A stretch of DNA of 64,000 bases, from contig JAFGHI010000038.1 of the NCBI GenBank assembly GCA_016930235.1, positions 34,211 through 98,210 on the forward strand, read 5' to 3'. The translations under genes and the position numbers were made by a program. Below are positions 12,001-18,346 of the stretch, piece by piece (positions within the stretch are counted from its first letter, which is position 1; each line of letters starts with the position of its first letter). Below the pieces are notes generated by a model. That model was not told the origin of the DNA. It did not search any database and saw only the letters and a program-made list of their open reading frames with translations. Origin of the DNA: Candidatus Omnitrophota bacterium (GTDB taxonomy: Bacteria > Omnitrophota > Omnitrophia > Omnitrophales > Aquincolibacteriaceae).

Positions 12001-15000
12001 ATTCCATCGGCTTTAGAGGCGCTATTAAAGCCGGTTGAAGAACCTCTGAACCCATGGACTGAACTTCGCGCCCTAAGGCTTCGTACCGATCCCGGTACTT
12101 TTCAATCGCACCCGGATTGTAACGCTGAATAATCTGAAGCAAACGATATTCGATTAAATCTTGATGCTCTTCGGAAATCTCCTGATGAGGGGGCAAACCC
12201 ATATTCGCCATCAATCGGCGCGTAAAAATAATCAGATTCAACTCCCGAATCGCCTTCTGTTCTTCCACCCTCTCCTCTTCATTTTTTCCAAGCGTCTGAT
12301 ACCTTTCTATCCGCTCACGCGTCACTTCATCCTGAGGCTCTGCACCGGAAGGAAAAACAATATTCCAAAGGTCATCGGCGTAGTCAGCTGCCCGTTGAGG
12401 ATCTTCGGTCAGCAGGAATTCAAACCCTTGGCTTGCCGACACAGCATAGTCCTCCAATTTCACAACGTGGGGACCTTCCTTAGGACGCCCTTCGGCAAAG
12501 TCTCTGGCGATACGCTGCCGTTCTATCTCAGCAGCATCTGGAATTAATGGCAGAGGCTTCCGGGGCATATCAGGCGTTGAAACAGGTTCTTCAGGCACCT
12601 GGGGCTCTTGGGGGGGTTGATCAACATCCGTCTGAGGACCACGAAATAGGGAATCAAGATATTCACGGAAAGTCGGCAATTGCGGTCCAGTAGGTTCGAC
12701 AGGCTCAATCTCAGGGGTTTCAGGAACAGAAGGTTCAGTAACTTTCTTCTGTAAACCGTCTATGGCATACGCCATCCCTTGAAACACCCGGCGCGCCTCT
12801 TCTCCCCGCAACGTTAGTTCAGGTCTTTGTATTTGTGCCTCGACCTGGTTAAGAGCATCCCGCAAACCGGCAACGTCGTACCCCTGGGCATCTTTCTTAT
12901 CAATTCTATATTCCGTATCAGCAACCATCAGAAGGAGCTGAAGCCGTTCATGCTCCTGATCTCGGAAGGATTGAACATCAACTTTTCCCTCCCCAATATC
13001 CGTCAGGAGACGAGCAACATCCGTCCCGTCCCAACCCTCCCACTTAGGACTTTGTTGATGCTCTGCTAGAACCCTTTGGGCATGCTGAAAATCTTGAACA
13101 TCTCTTGAACTCCAGCCCGATAATGCAAGATCCCCCGCCTGAGTATGGAGTCCAGCGACTCCCATGACACGAGCTGTCATACGCATCACGGTTCCGGACA
13201 CATCAAGTCCTGTTAGCTCCTCCGCCTTTCCTAAGAGCCAATGCCCCCAGTTCATCGCCCTGCGTTCGGCAAAGACAACAGGATGCGAAAAAAAGGTTAT
13301 ATCAACGGGTTTTTCTCTAATAAGTGAAACTGCTTTTGAAAGCCCCTTATCTATAAGTTGGGATAGCCCCATTTGTCCCGGAGCTTCTCCTCCGGCAAGC
13401 AGCGCAATTTCAGCACCAACGATCAACATCCCGCAAACACTGCTGATATAAGCCCGATAAAAAGCGAAACTGCGGAGAGATCTGAGAATACCCATAAGAG
13501 GAGCAACGATTTTTTGCTGAAACAAAGAAGGCGCTTGGATACTCGGCGGTGCCCGTGCCGGGGTTTGCTCAAGAGGCTGACTCCGCAACTTCTGCAATTC
13601 CTGTTGGAGCAGGGATTCTAAATACTCTCGCTGAGGATCCGCGGTATAACGGATATGCGGCAGAAGTGCCTCGATCTCTTGAATAAATTCGATCTTCTCA
13701 CCAGCTTCTAACGACTCGGAAGCCACAACGCCTTCAACAATTTCACGAAGGCTGACATAATCCAACGATTGGATATTTGATTTTAGCTTCGAGAGCTGAG
13801 ACACAATTGTTTGGTCAAGACGCATCTTCGTAAATCGGGCTGAAAAATTTGGGATAGTTAACATGAAAGACAACAAAGCCGTATTGCTGAAGGATGACAG
13901 CGTAAAGGCATTCACAAAAGCCGCGACTGTGATACCCAAAACCGGAACTTTCTCTGTCAATCCAAGTAAGAAAGGGGCATAACCTCCAAGCAAATTGACT
14001 CCCGCAAGACCCGCCGGCATCAAAATCGTGATGAGTCCCATTCCAATGGCGCTAAAAAGTGCCATTTTCCAGCGTTTCTGAATAAACTGAATCGTAGGAA
14101 TAAGAAAGGGTTGCAAAAGTAATTTATCCAATATCCGGTAGCTATAACCAAGCACATGCTGACCATATTGGACTTGATTTAAAACCGAAACGACAGGTTG
14201 ATGTCGCAAAAATATGTGATAAACCCCTCGCTCAACCAGTGTCCCTTGCTGCCAATCCAGAAAAGAACGCCCAAAATTAGGCTTTGTCGCAGCGATCATG
14301 GCCCCCGCCAAGGTCTCAGCAGCCAATCCACGCGGAAGTTCATCGACTTCCAAAAACCCAAAATCCCTTCCGAACAAACTCCCTTTTAGATAACGCAACC
14401 AGTGAAATTTCAACTTTCGGCGATAAAAGCTATAGAAGAATTGATCCAAAAGTTTCGGCCCAGCTAAGAGGACCCAACGCATCGGACGCCAAAAAGGACT
14501 GATAATCTTGTCAGCCCAAATACCGTACTTCTTTTCCGGCTTCCTCTGCAAATCCTGCTGAACATAATAAGCCTCACGGGCCTTTATCAGCTGATGAAGC
14601 ACATACCGCCACTGCTCGATTGAGGCATCCAAGGAAAGACCCGTCACCTGACTTAACGTCACCAAATCCGACTGATTAAATCCAAACTCCTTTTGAATCC
14701 GCTTGAAGATCTTCTTGGCGGGAACATCCACAGAAAACGATGAAACAATAGGTAAACCTGTTACTTGACTTCTTAGACGTCTGGCCAAAATCTTCCGAAT
14801 CGCACCCTGCAAAGTCATGGGGTACTGAGCCACATCTTCTTCGGACAATGGACTTTCTCTCATAGTAGGAATCTCAAAACCCTCTATGGAAAGAATCTCC
14901 TCTGGTTGAAGCTCGCTAGAAACTTCTTCAGGTTGAGGCTCGCTAGAAATTTCTTCGGGTTGCTCACGACGAACGCTAACAACTTCTAGATCCGAAAGCA

Positions 15001-17857
15001 CCAAATCGATATCTTCCCGAATCATACGAAGTGGATCTACTAAATTACTCAGTATCTTGTTCGATAAAACCGGCACTTCTTCAACTTGTCTGGCTGACAA
15101 TTTCTGACCCTGTTGAAGCATGTTGAGCTTTTGCTCGATTTCACTTAAGATCTCACCCATACGCCGCCTAATATCTCTCAAGGCGTCACCCCGAACCTCC
15201 AAACCCAGTTCTTTCGCTTCTTTAACCTCAAGCGAAATATTGATAACAAGTTCGTCTATTAACTCTGAATCCAAAAGATATTGAAAACGCCGAAACCATG
15301 ATGGTGCATCCATCCCGAAATGTTTAAGGGCAAATAAAATAGAACGCGAATCATAGAGGCGATTACCCTCCAACGTTAAACCCGTGGCCTCCCACCCAAG
15401 ATTGTTTGAAATTTTTCCCCAATGCTCTCTCATCCAATAATCGCCAAGCACCAGATCAAGGAATGCAAGTTTCTCTTCAATCGTCAAGGCATCCGGATCT
15501 TCCGTATTCTCCAAAAGCGTCATTTCCGAGATAATAAGCTTTAATTTTTTCGCTATCTTAGCCGCCGTCCCTTCAACCTGAAGCGGAGTGAAAGGTTGCC
15601 CACGTTCTGAATCTCCAGGCTTAGAATTTGGTTGCTTACGTAATTCTGAGCGGCTCACGAGCAGATTGGCATCATCGATGCTCACATGAGACAAGAACAT
15701 TTTTCCGCCGTTGATCGTGATCTCCCCCAAATCCTTGCCATACCCTAATAACTGCCGCACTTCCGAGCGGCGGGTTTCTTCCGGTGCCTCAATTGCAGCA
15801 AATCGGCTTCCGGCATTGGGACCGAAGGATGTCACAAACAATTGGCGACCATCCACAGCGGTATGACGAGCACCTTCGGCAAGAAATCTAATAAAGTTTC
15901 CGACTGGCTGCACAAAATCACGATTCGTTTCTTGGAGTCCCCAAGTTGTGCTCAAATGAGATCGGATATCCGATACCGTCTCCGCCATATTTCCATGTCG
16001 AAAAACGCTTTGAATGAATGTAAGGAGGTTAAAAAAGAAAATTTTCGACGCCACGGGGTCCTGAAGTGTCATCCTCAAAGCGGCATTCTCCTGGGTCTTC
16101 GAAAATTCGCTTAGTAATTTCATGGCTTGGCTTTCATCCACCATCATCCTCCAGGCTGTCAATTGATACCTTGGATCATTTAATTCCGTGTTGGGAGGCG
16201 GAAAATAGGACTCCACAAGGACATCTTCAATCGGCATCGGCTTTTGGCTTAAAGCATCGGCATAAAGTGTAGACTCGCGGGCTTCATCTACAGCCCCGGC
16301 AATCCTGGGAGTAATGACAATGTAGGAAATATCCTGCTCCCTCAAATACCGCTCAATTCCCGGGGTATGAAATCCGCCGGCCACCACCGCCGAAATTTTA
16401 TTATTCTCCGCTTCCATTTTTGCCACCGCTTTTTCGATCAGGATCCTATCGCGTGACAAAGCTGCGGAATAGAATCGCTCGACACGCGGCAGGTCCTGAT
16501 CGAGTTTCTCCAACTGGGACGGCAGTCCGTAGGAGAATTGGTATTTCTCTAAAAGCGGTGTTAAAAATCCACGAAATTTCTCGGCTTTAAATTCATCCTT
16601 GTAGCTGAAATAGAAATCGGCATCCTGCTTGGTCATCGTAAAATCAAACATCTTCTCATAGACGTCATAAATCCTCATCAAACGATCCAACCCGCTCTCG
16701 TCTTCTGTCTTTGTGAGTTTATCCTTGATGCCACGCTCCAGAGACTCAATCTCATCAAATATCTCGACTCCGATCGATTCATACAACTGGATATAGCGCA
16801 GGTATTGCAAAACGTTCTCAAATCGTTCTTCCTTAGGACCGTTTTTTTCTTGACCGAATCGCTGAGATACCCCCTTGATTTCGCTCTCCAGGTAACCGTA
16901 ATAGTCTCCTCGTTTCATCTTCTTCATCCGGAATTGGACTGTATTGTTGATAAATTGGGATAATCGATCGCGCGAAATAATGCTCTTTAAATCATCCACA
17001 AGATTTTCAATCTCGTTTTCTGCCTTGGAGAAATCTATCTTATTTTCCAATTCAACAAGTTCTAACAGAGCATGAGTTGAGGGGTAATCGTAGAGAGAAA
17101 GATGTTGGCCTTTTGCGAGATTGACTAAATATCGGACATAACTCGTAAGTTCACGGCCTCCTTGATTAAAAACAATTTTGCGTCGCCTGAGCTCTCGAAG
17201 ATCATCCGAAAATACAAAACGGGACAACTTGTCAAGAATTTGATGCAATTGAGATAGAATTTCTTCGTCAGCTTCCTTAAATTCAAGAGCGGCCAAATAA
17301 GCATCTCGGTTCTGGTCATAGAGATCCTTATCCTCGACACCATAAAGCTTTATTTCAGGTCGTTTCGTTATGGCCAAATATTCAGGACCCGTTAACCGTC
17401 CTTCTCTTAAAAAATAATCGGCGACATTTTTCTTTGCCACGACATCGGGATAAAAGTTGAATATTCCTGTAAATAAATCACCCGTTGCGCCCTCTAAGCT
17501 TATTGTTTTTAATTCATGATGCTCGCTAAAATACTCCAGGATATCCGCTAAATTCCGCTGCGCCTCTTCATTGACATGAGCATCCTGAAGATGAATGACA
17601 AGACGGTCACGAGTTCCCTTGAAGCTTGATTTGATCTTCCCCATGGATTCCGGCAGTTGGATAGCGTCCAGTTTAAGCCGTGAAGAATTTGAAAGGATAC
17701 TTTCTAAGTTGTAAGGCGACTTATTTTTTTGAAGGACTGAATTGAGGATATTGACATCACCCGCCCAGATAGTCGAGGTATACGTAAAAACCAGGGCAGT
17801 TAACAAGGCTACAGTGCGAAGCCACAACCTCGCGCTCGGTTTCTGCCATTCTAACAT
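1..17857 (-). CDS. Giant multidomain envelope/secreted protein, at least 5,952 aa, 3' end beyond the window
   Basis: ATG at 17857 follows an AAGGGA SD-like motif and reads MLEWQKPSARLWLRTVALLTALVFTYTSTIWA. Manual translation found no stop in this frame down to base 2 (...GGVSFWTEHVLNQMKQEYD). All minus-strand ORFs listed in 1-17857 are in another frame, as expected if the caller skipped a stop-less ORF. Confidence 0.93.
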   Translation of the reverse strand, partial: MLEWQKPSARLWLRTVALLTALVFTYTSTIWAGDVNILNSVLQKNKSPYNLESILSNSSRLKLDAIQLPESMGKIKSSFKGTRDRLVIHLQDAHVNEEAQRNLADILEYFSEHHELKTISLEGATGDLFTGIFNFYPDVVAKKNVADYFLREGRLTGPEYLAITKRPEIKLYGVEDKDLYDQNRDAYLAALEFKEADEEILSQLHQILDKLSRFVFSDDLRELRRRKIVFNQGGRELTSYVRYLVNLAKGQHLSLYDYPSTHALLELVELENKIDFSKAENEIENLVDDLKSIISRDRLSQFINNTVQFRMKKMKRGDYYGYLESEIKGVSQRFGQEKNGPKEERFENVLQYLRYIQLYESIGVEIFDEIESLERGIKDKLTKTEDESGLDRLMRIYDVYEKMFDFTMTKQDADFYFSYKDEFKAEKFRGFLTPLLEKYQFSYGLPSQLEKLDQDLPRVERFYSAALSRDRILIEKAVAKMEAENNKISAVVAGGFHTPGIERYLREQDISYIVITPRIAGAVDEARESTLYADALSQKPMPIEDVLVESYFPPPNTELNDPRYQLTAWRMMVDESQAMKLLSEFSKTQENAALRMTLQDPVASKIFFFNLLTFIQSVFRHGNMAETVSDIRSHLSTTWGLQETNRDFVQPVGNFIRFLAEGARHTAVDGRQLFVTSFGPNAGSRFAAIEAPEETRRSEVRQLLGYGKDLGEITINGGKMFLSHVSIDDANLLVSRSELRKQPNSKPGDSERGQPFTPLQVEGTAAKIAKKLKLIISEMTLLENTEDPDALTIEEKLAFLDLVLGDYWMREHWGKISNNLGWEATGLTLEGNRLYDSRSILFALKHFGMDAPSWFRRFQYLLDSELIDELVINISLEVKEAKELGLEVRGDALRDIRRRMGEILSEIEQKLNMLQQGQKLSARQVEEVPVLSNKILSNLVDPLRMIREDIDLVLSDLEVVSVRREQPEEISSEPQPEEVSSELQPEEILSIEGFEIPTMRESPLSEEDVAQYPMTLQGAIRKILARRLRSQVTGLPIVSSFSVDVPAKKIFKRIQKEFGFNQSDLVTLSQVTGLSLDASIEQWRYVLHQLIKAREAYYVQQDLQRKPEKKYGIWADKIISPFWRPMRWVLLAGPKLLDQFFYSFYRRKLKFHWLRYLKGSLFGRDFGFLEVDELPRGLAAETLAGAMIAATKPNFGRSFLDWQQGTLVERGVYHIFLRHQPVVSVLNQVQYGQHVLGYSYRILDKLLLQPFLIPTIQFIQKRWKMALFSAIGMGLITILMPAGLAGVNLLGGYAPFLLGLTEKVPVLGITVAAFVNAFTLSSFSNTALLSFMLTIPNFSARFTKMRLDQTIVSQLSKLKSNIQSLDYVSLREIVEGVVASESLEAGEKIEFIQEIEALLPHIRYTADPQREYLESLLQQELQKLRSQPLEQTPARAPPSIQAPSLFQQKIVAPLMGILRSLRSFAFYRAYISSVCGMLIVGAEIALLAGGEAPGQMGLSQLIDKGLSKAVSLIREKPVDITFFSHPVVFAERRAMNWGHWLLGKAEELTGLDVSGTVMRMTARVMGVAGLHTQAGDLALSGWSSRDVQDFQHAQRVLAEHQQSPKWEGWDGTDVARLLTDIGEGKVDVQSFRDQEHERLQLLLMVADTEYRIDKKDAQGYDVAGLRDALNQVEAQIQRPELTLRGEEARRVFQGMAYAIDGLQKKVTEPSVPETPEIEPVEPTGPQLPTFREYLDSLFRGPQTDVDQPPQEPQVPEEPVSTPDMPRKPLPLIPDAAEIERQRIARDFAEGRPKEGPHVVKLEDYAVSASQGFEFLLTEDPQRAADYADDLWNIVFPSGAEPQDEVTRERIERYQTLGKNEEERVEEQKAIRELNLIIFTRRLMANMGLPPHQEISEEHQDLIEYRLLQIIQRYNPGAIEKYRDRYEALGREVQSMGSEVLQPALIAPLKPMESEAPFEIRSVIQGGGMVALGAGMVRPRGPDDTFVQEFMESLGTSQARVIEDIIYEGEVGKAKLRYEEVLQRRFQLTLQINWAISDMFMGRTPRGEWVGIRRAVQEDVPPAFHGKYLADFLNDIQIVTGPPIDTGGIEGPEGVSPDAVQSSIQNAIALVNVIEEANRNFETLGLEVPWMEDVQTRFQQAVREGDETGLNRLVNQVVLAGHAYAQLAPSLVLYLRAKEVGFEINQGHLERLLGQIGEQVQIVGGMDEKQLSAPLNLVEGLIVAFENDITYYEEARAAFLKIEDLLKEGGLLSRRTELVKRFETYRKAVESYDGTPGRLEELRKARDIFDHQRRYTEYEIRIDRLPTVSDEIRGLLNDYAKAIDAGEGYDEIQANLEASLGIYRSEEMIKQIGLAAERYNFEDAEILLALDRPLAVVLSEAPTAQELERLQQLPNEIGIAVLYGEVLVFSSGNESAVEIETYGPVRQLLEKASLSIHTHPASIEVQGPSAFDIEESGQTNEYVLTSEVGENGTAVHHAYRYNAEGNRGEVELQEVIDSIENAIMLDVANPSRPDLETVYKDIVLKFIADMEKLDRLWDELKADYRLGNPAVVYSMWLNYFASGRGDFYFDDVTGDVFFRFNPSAQTQVFSTLLNSGFDAFRAQFNIEQDLGFDTTQPNGRALDAIFGNSAGLIRYLDHISKGELEINVTSGEIILRPSGGDVVNATEQLQNMADLVADIFEDPQIRSSIGLVLDPSTGQLEITSQTLRRIFGDFGIGTLQLPSGYQFQGGFLGFLEGYLLAGNGIYEKETNRLIYPGGNEINLAERVQSLIDLVESPAFRHILQISYNDQDLQWVSGLEEVNQIISDGSILSIVNMMLPGASTFDEMTGEIRFSSNTVVNASERLSDLVGILVGDFRDALGVTFENGKFQSSNVGIQAILNEFPGGFGSLLGYMVTGDLQTTADGDVLVTKAIGNLSFTYNLMDAAHGFAAMMQDPRTIEFLGIDPETATFDPSNPNASYFLNENVPSMITLVNRMGLREARVGRDIEERDGERFLVAETYNVMQTFENIGSLLSDPDVQDALGLKVDPITGGIQIDPASDSSIRQYFENADLRVVDFTIFLAERVRTNEQGEKVVPILNEKGYAIREISIGDYAEGISRLMEIPLLAEVIQEGLTEERIADLEQRRAERGPGVVVGGVEAEPISSREVIDNLVFLTSEQAFLTLAENELFNTILYKNEELQGLLLFYADSVVLRGNETYLKFPEREAVHAGTFFNLVDGLLNSRFRELVGASSETEFYDFLTSDEDFMRQANGLLTTLALDHAEIAKMLRDVGVSSSKANVIALVNQMVKIKDKVNDMRARANESGLNIFNSKEFAILQAIAAESMVDGVDVEDVLYEPILQIALVGRILIFDTNQSRTEKQLKIQQDIERLLGQVKRNVERDFIDGLREMQALKVRIQDLEAKREDLNSQLKQYQAAVTDEALDRLLAGRISRERANFFRQQLEILDDEIMVQEHRAQNLRRHLDMLYDGDLDKILDNGAATALEGLKTMWRAAGLDGKLMAEIKTIQRRLDRAEAGLDRSILGGLVEFQAVIDFFVDITRLTEMNTYGTIFRLEPVIRAKIGKRLYDENQIRIREWMTARIEMERAIQRFSDEAVKNDRMLTDAGGILKLQEAALEKAASRREEVLGDPVAQPQKRLDVINQYFRILDDYRRTETEIIQRELTQTAYKRAQDEGLLKVRTAGAGQEGSIEVTVDSLSAMAKANHVLKPLHERLATAQQRYRNEANFINAFLRGIELDASIGGVFNLTKSTESSLSHFFDEGILTWSLVLSIVVYDPARPARVERLRLGVEEASLRFEDADDLMNLNIAEHFVRIGEIQNVIRQVRRDVDVIGEQIRTARDSDERQSLGISLAEKEYQLERLIADRKGMEVDLKSFIGLNPDAKFARDETTGEIDVDAALAFDATTVLQAYSQYFEFNEAGEVTGLKVEGEEALNRVGALLEDLEIQIQKSRRITIEEKDHLLQGLYQMRKVYRDAIVEQPSAEIYEINREVERIKKIKDEGRQIQEFALLAQKYPDNVYIRQHQFVQHVGIAYNANLTTPEGLNLAREHLNQAKLVVTGLFEIGTEEAREVAQEFLDQWTQHSREERTARLELAKRFRSDGLRQAEQGYYSEALRLLDDAIEVQASLDLFKQSGNIWLDYLQVEANRTTENLLRAKASITRSLDADLAEQFSPMNRAFVQKRLQDIHERSYLSTADYESAVVELRGLFQLADSPYGKVQVGAELARMQNEWARVLVTIRDKVDFRDVMDFLFQWDYEKRSDYLRTESAEENLNVAQSVIANTRQIAVSRIQQLEKNLQPVLQVQAQSISDLLELQESMDEKQLGQLYELAGLKDLVLQLNRSEEGWLESYRMLRKMVVSSENEEVGLAETLEAQRIVLEDRLEKMQRRGLRSMTAEDLGALYRGYQQLLVASEGEAQEKARQNLTVVENVMFEKIYSELGLTPRDGLEQALDVIRLKESDSDWRMRDFEKFNRNILGGLKPYLEMNWDFIQISNEAHWRLAELMITRGLTKDQDFQNVLSVINEVRYVNDDARGRADILRIQALQENFSYMEEKKADPSEMREIVLQIERLLDHIPDAFSNHAKVEAAKKAVKRYDTTVDSLIAKRREQEEIANVQKTVEQVETLRASGQEIQAVMDQASRASTDKAAVGILSRGLKQYPQSDALQGALMERARSLEGEGEYEDALSTARLVLTKNPSHREADQVRDRILEMMIRNKIGAINNRIQEDADARVDDLLDDVRKLTEEDGVMSLEAGVKTPDFILRLLMTLDVLRQEYARADGEKFNAKQRKIREVFEELNHILSGDVYPFAQSDLLLLQAQMLQARISEVKAGEPWKIKFGFDNWMNSSMHGVSGLGFLFGFDIPENIKAEILKFIPLINELSGANRYLQDRRNQIRLLENEVDQFFLQLDRQRAVQHQQQRLIQNLYETTYAQYRLAEEFLGVQQDEVDRLEDLFVLGSVRTADVTRAKNAVLQTLDDMAASGYRLAFLKARMAKLGMESSLDLEQRVERDFQPRDSVNAARARGDLDGFYALVKGRLRNEHARIVHASVSNIEGYQRGLELPFSTYTEAEVFARRSGGLPQLALTERGEHVRPSLKLSIPLLNASFFKTAERQAIQVEQEIGIEQEAVVKGHREQVLTAYARYGIAKAVYELLSTRDQQAQSLLDTVELASSLQQWGYDGVYFGRMNLRRAENELIRSARDLENALEGLHDLLSQAGLPVDVNAFVPREFHSIELGDDLLERLVQEGKGEWDRDTMARLIQERLARIKIADEALVYQKWVPNIDLNIEAPHPVTGDVRFGISLIWQIFGHGIDQRRGILRITEEQLNAQGAQVRMQVQAELETLLADLKHARQRMTTLQQRSVSENLEAEVNNLQEKLLAQKISAFDIQNIINSTFDLDVRYRAAMVDYLVAYARFMRRLETLGVEIPEQLRPSLYRDRQAEETPFMKEMKRVASRKLTAEGIGEPALRTLEELPQESQSRLAEIKARESDIREKVVVGAPTTAFANLTDVLQYGEGRNTFQSLAPLDSLGLKLFESNLFHSYLWEPGRLLYEMAKDVSAGMEGADTAERELMSLLEEGSPFEGQVTEQKTDQILPEVRDVLGIQYPRVYDEAKGVVQKQLETIQLEAAQAASELEGKTDAESIAELARLNQILGIRLDEGTYYGYWYVWTTLALQKIPHLAQGLLTGSVDVEGELKPRLNKDFFLQNVNDVEKMVFDVRTQSFVGVVNYSGVSTRDREEAVYELTESVNQVREALGLERGHIDEPEMQYIVAAHDSVRRSREQYFDYDDYKGYLELIHLVLAEGRRNPSEPGTIQNYYGDFLAKDSNGRYDIPLEEIAEREGFAMLGQSMLDVLDWREDLGLLDSVLDTAKDQAVRQTNRAKAVGEGLIREDATLDEIRTEANQLRAQLESAVQVVDRLERDFRTSIMMGGVSFWTEHVLNQMKQEYD
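14904..14962. repeat. 27-bp in-frame tandem repeat inside the giant gene (QPEEISSEP QPEEVSSEL QPEEILS)
   Basis: ggttgaagctcgctagaaacttcttca followed by ggttgaggctcgctagaaatttcttcg and ggttg. Confidence 0.85.
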
Positions 17858-18248
17858 TTGAGTTTGCCGTCCCTTGGAATGTTAAAATCGAACTCTACTG
17901 CTCAGAAACAAATACGATATATTGCTTATATAATACTTTTTAAAATGTTAATAAAGTATACACTACAAGTGATATTCCGTCAATTGAAAGAGCCGGATAG
18001 ATGTGATTACATCTTCTTTGATAGCAGCATGTTACGTAGGCATCTGATAAATATTACATATTCTTATAATTGAATTCCTTTTTCTTTCAAAATGAAGCGT
18101 CTTCAGGAGTTAGATAGAAAATACCATTTTGCCTTTTCGATGTCTCTAGTGGGTTAAGACAGTGCACTGGGTCGAGCTAGTTTACGCGATTTTTTATGGG
18201 AAGTCTCTCTAGAGCGAACCATCTACCTATTTCGGGTTAACTTTGGTT

Positions 18249-18274
18249 CATTTTTCCCAGCGTTGGGAAAAATG
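18249..18274 (-). terminator. Hairpin directly after the tRNA-Gly 3' end (probable terminator)
   Basis: Perfect 11-bp inverted repeat catttttccca-gcgt-tgggaaaaatg; no clear U-tract after the stem. Confidence 0.5.
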
Positions 18275-18346
18275 GAGCGGGATACGGGAATCGAACCCGT
18301 CTAACCGGCTTGGGAAGCCGGGACATTACCACTATGCTAATCCCGC
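18273..18346 (-). tRNA. tRNA-Gly (CCC)
   Basis: GCGGGAT acceptor stem, anticodon arm CCGGC-TTCCCAA-GCCGG, GGTTCGATTCC T-loop, encoded CCA. Confidence 0.97.

Noticed and set aside
220-17343. Dozens of short ORFs in the track across 1-17.9 kb
   Set aside because: They are antisense or off-frame shadows of the giant minus-strand ORF and show no family motifs.
1-17857. Alternative genetic code or non-coding desert as an explanation for the apparent lack of genes
   Set aside because: One frame is fully open in the standard code, and the neighbouring genes end normally in TAA, TAG and TGA.
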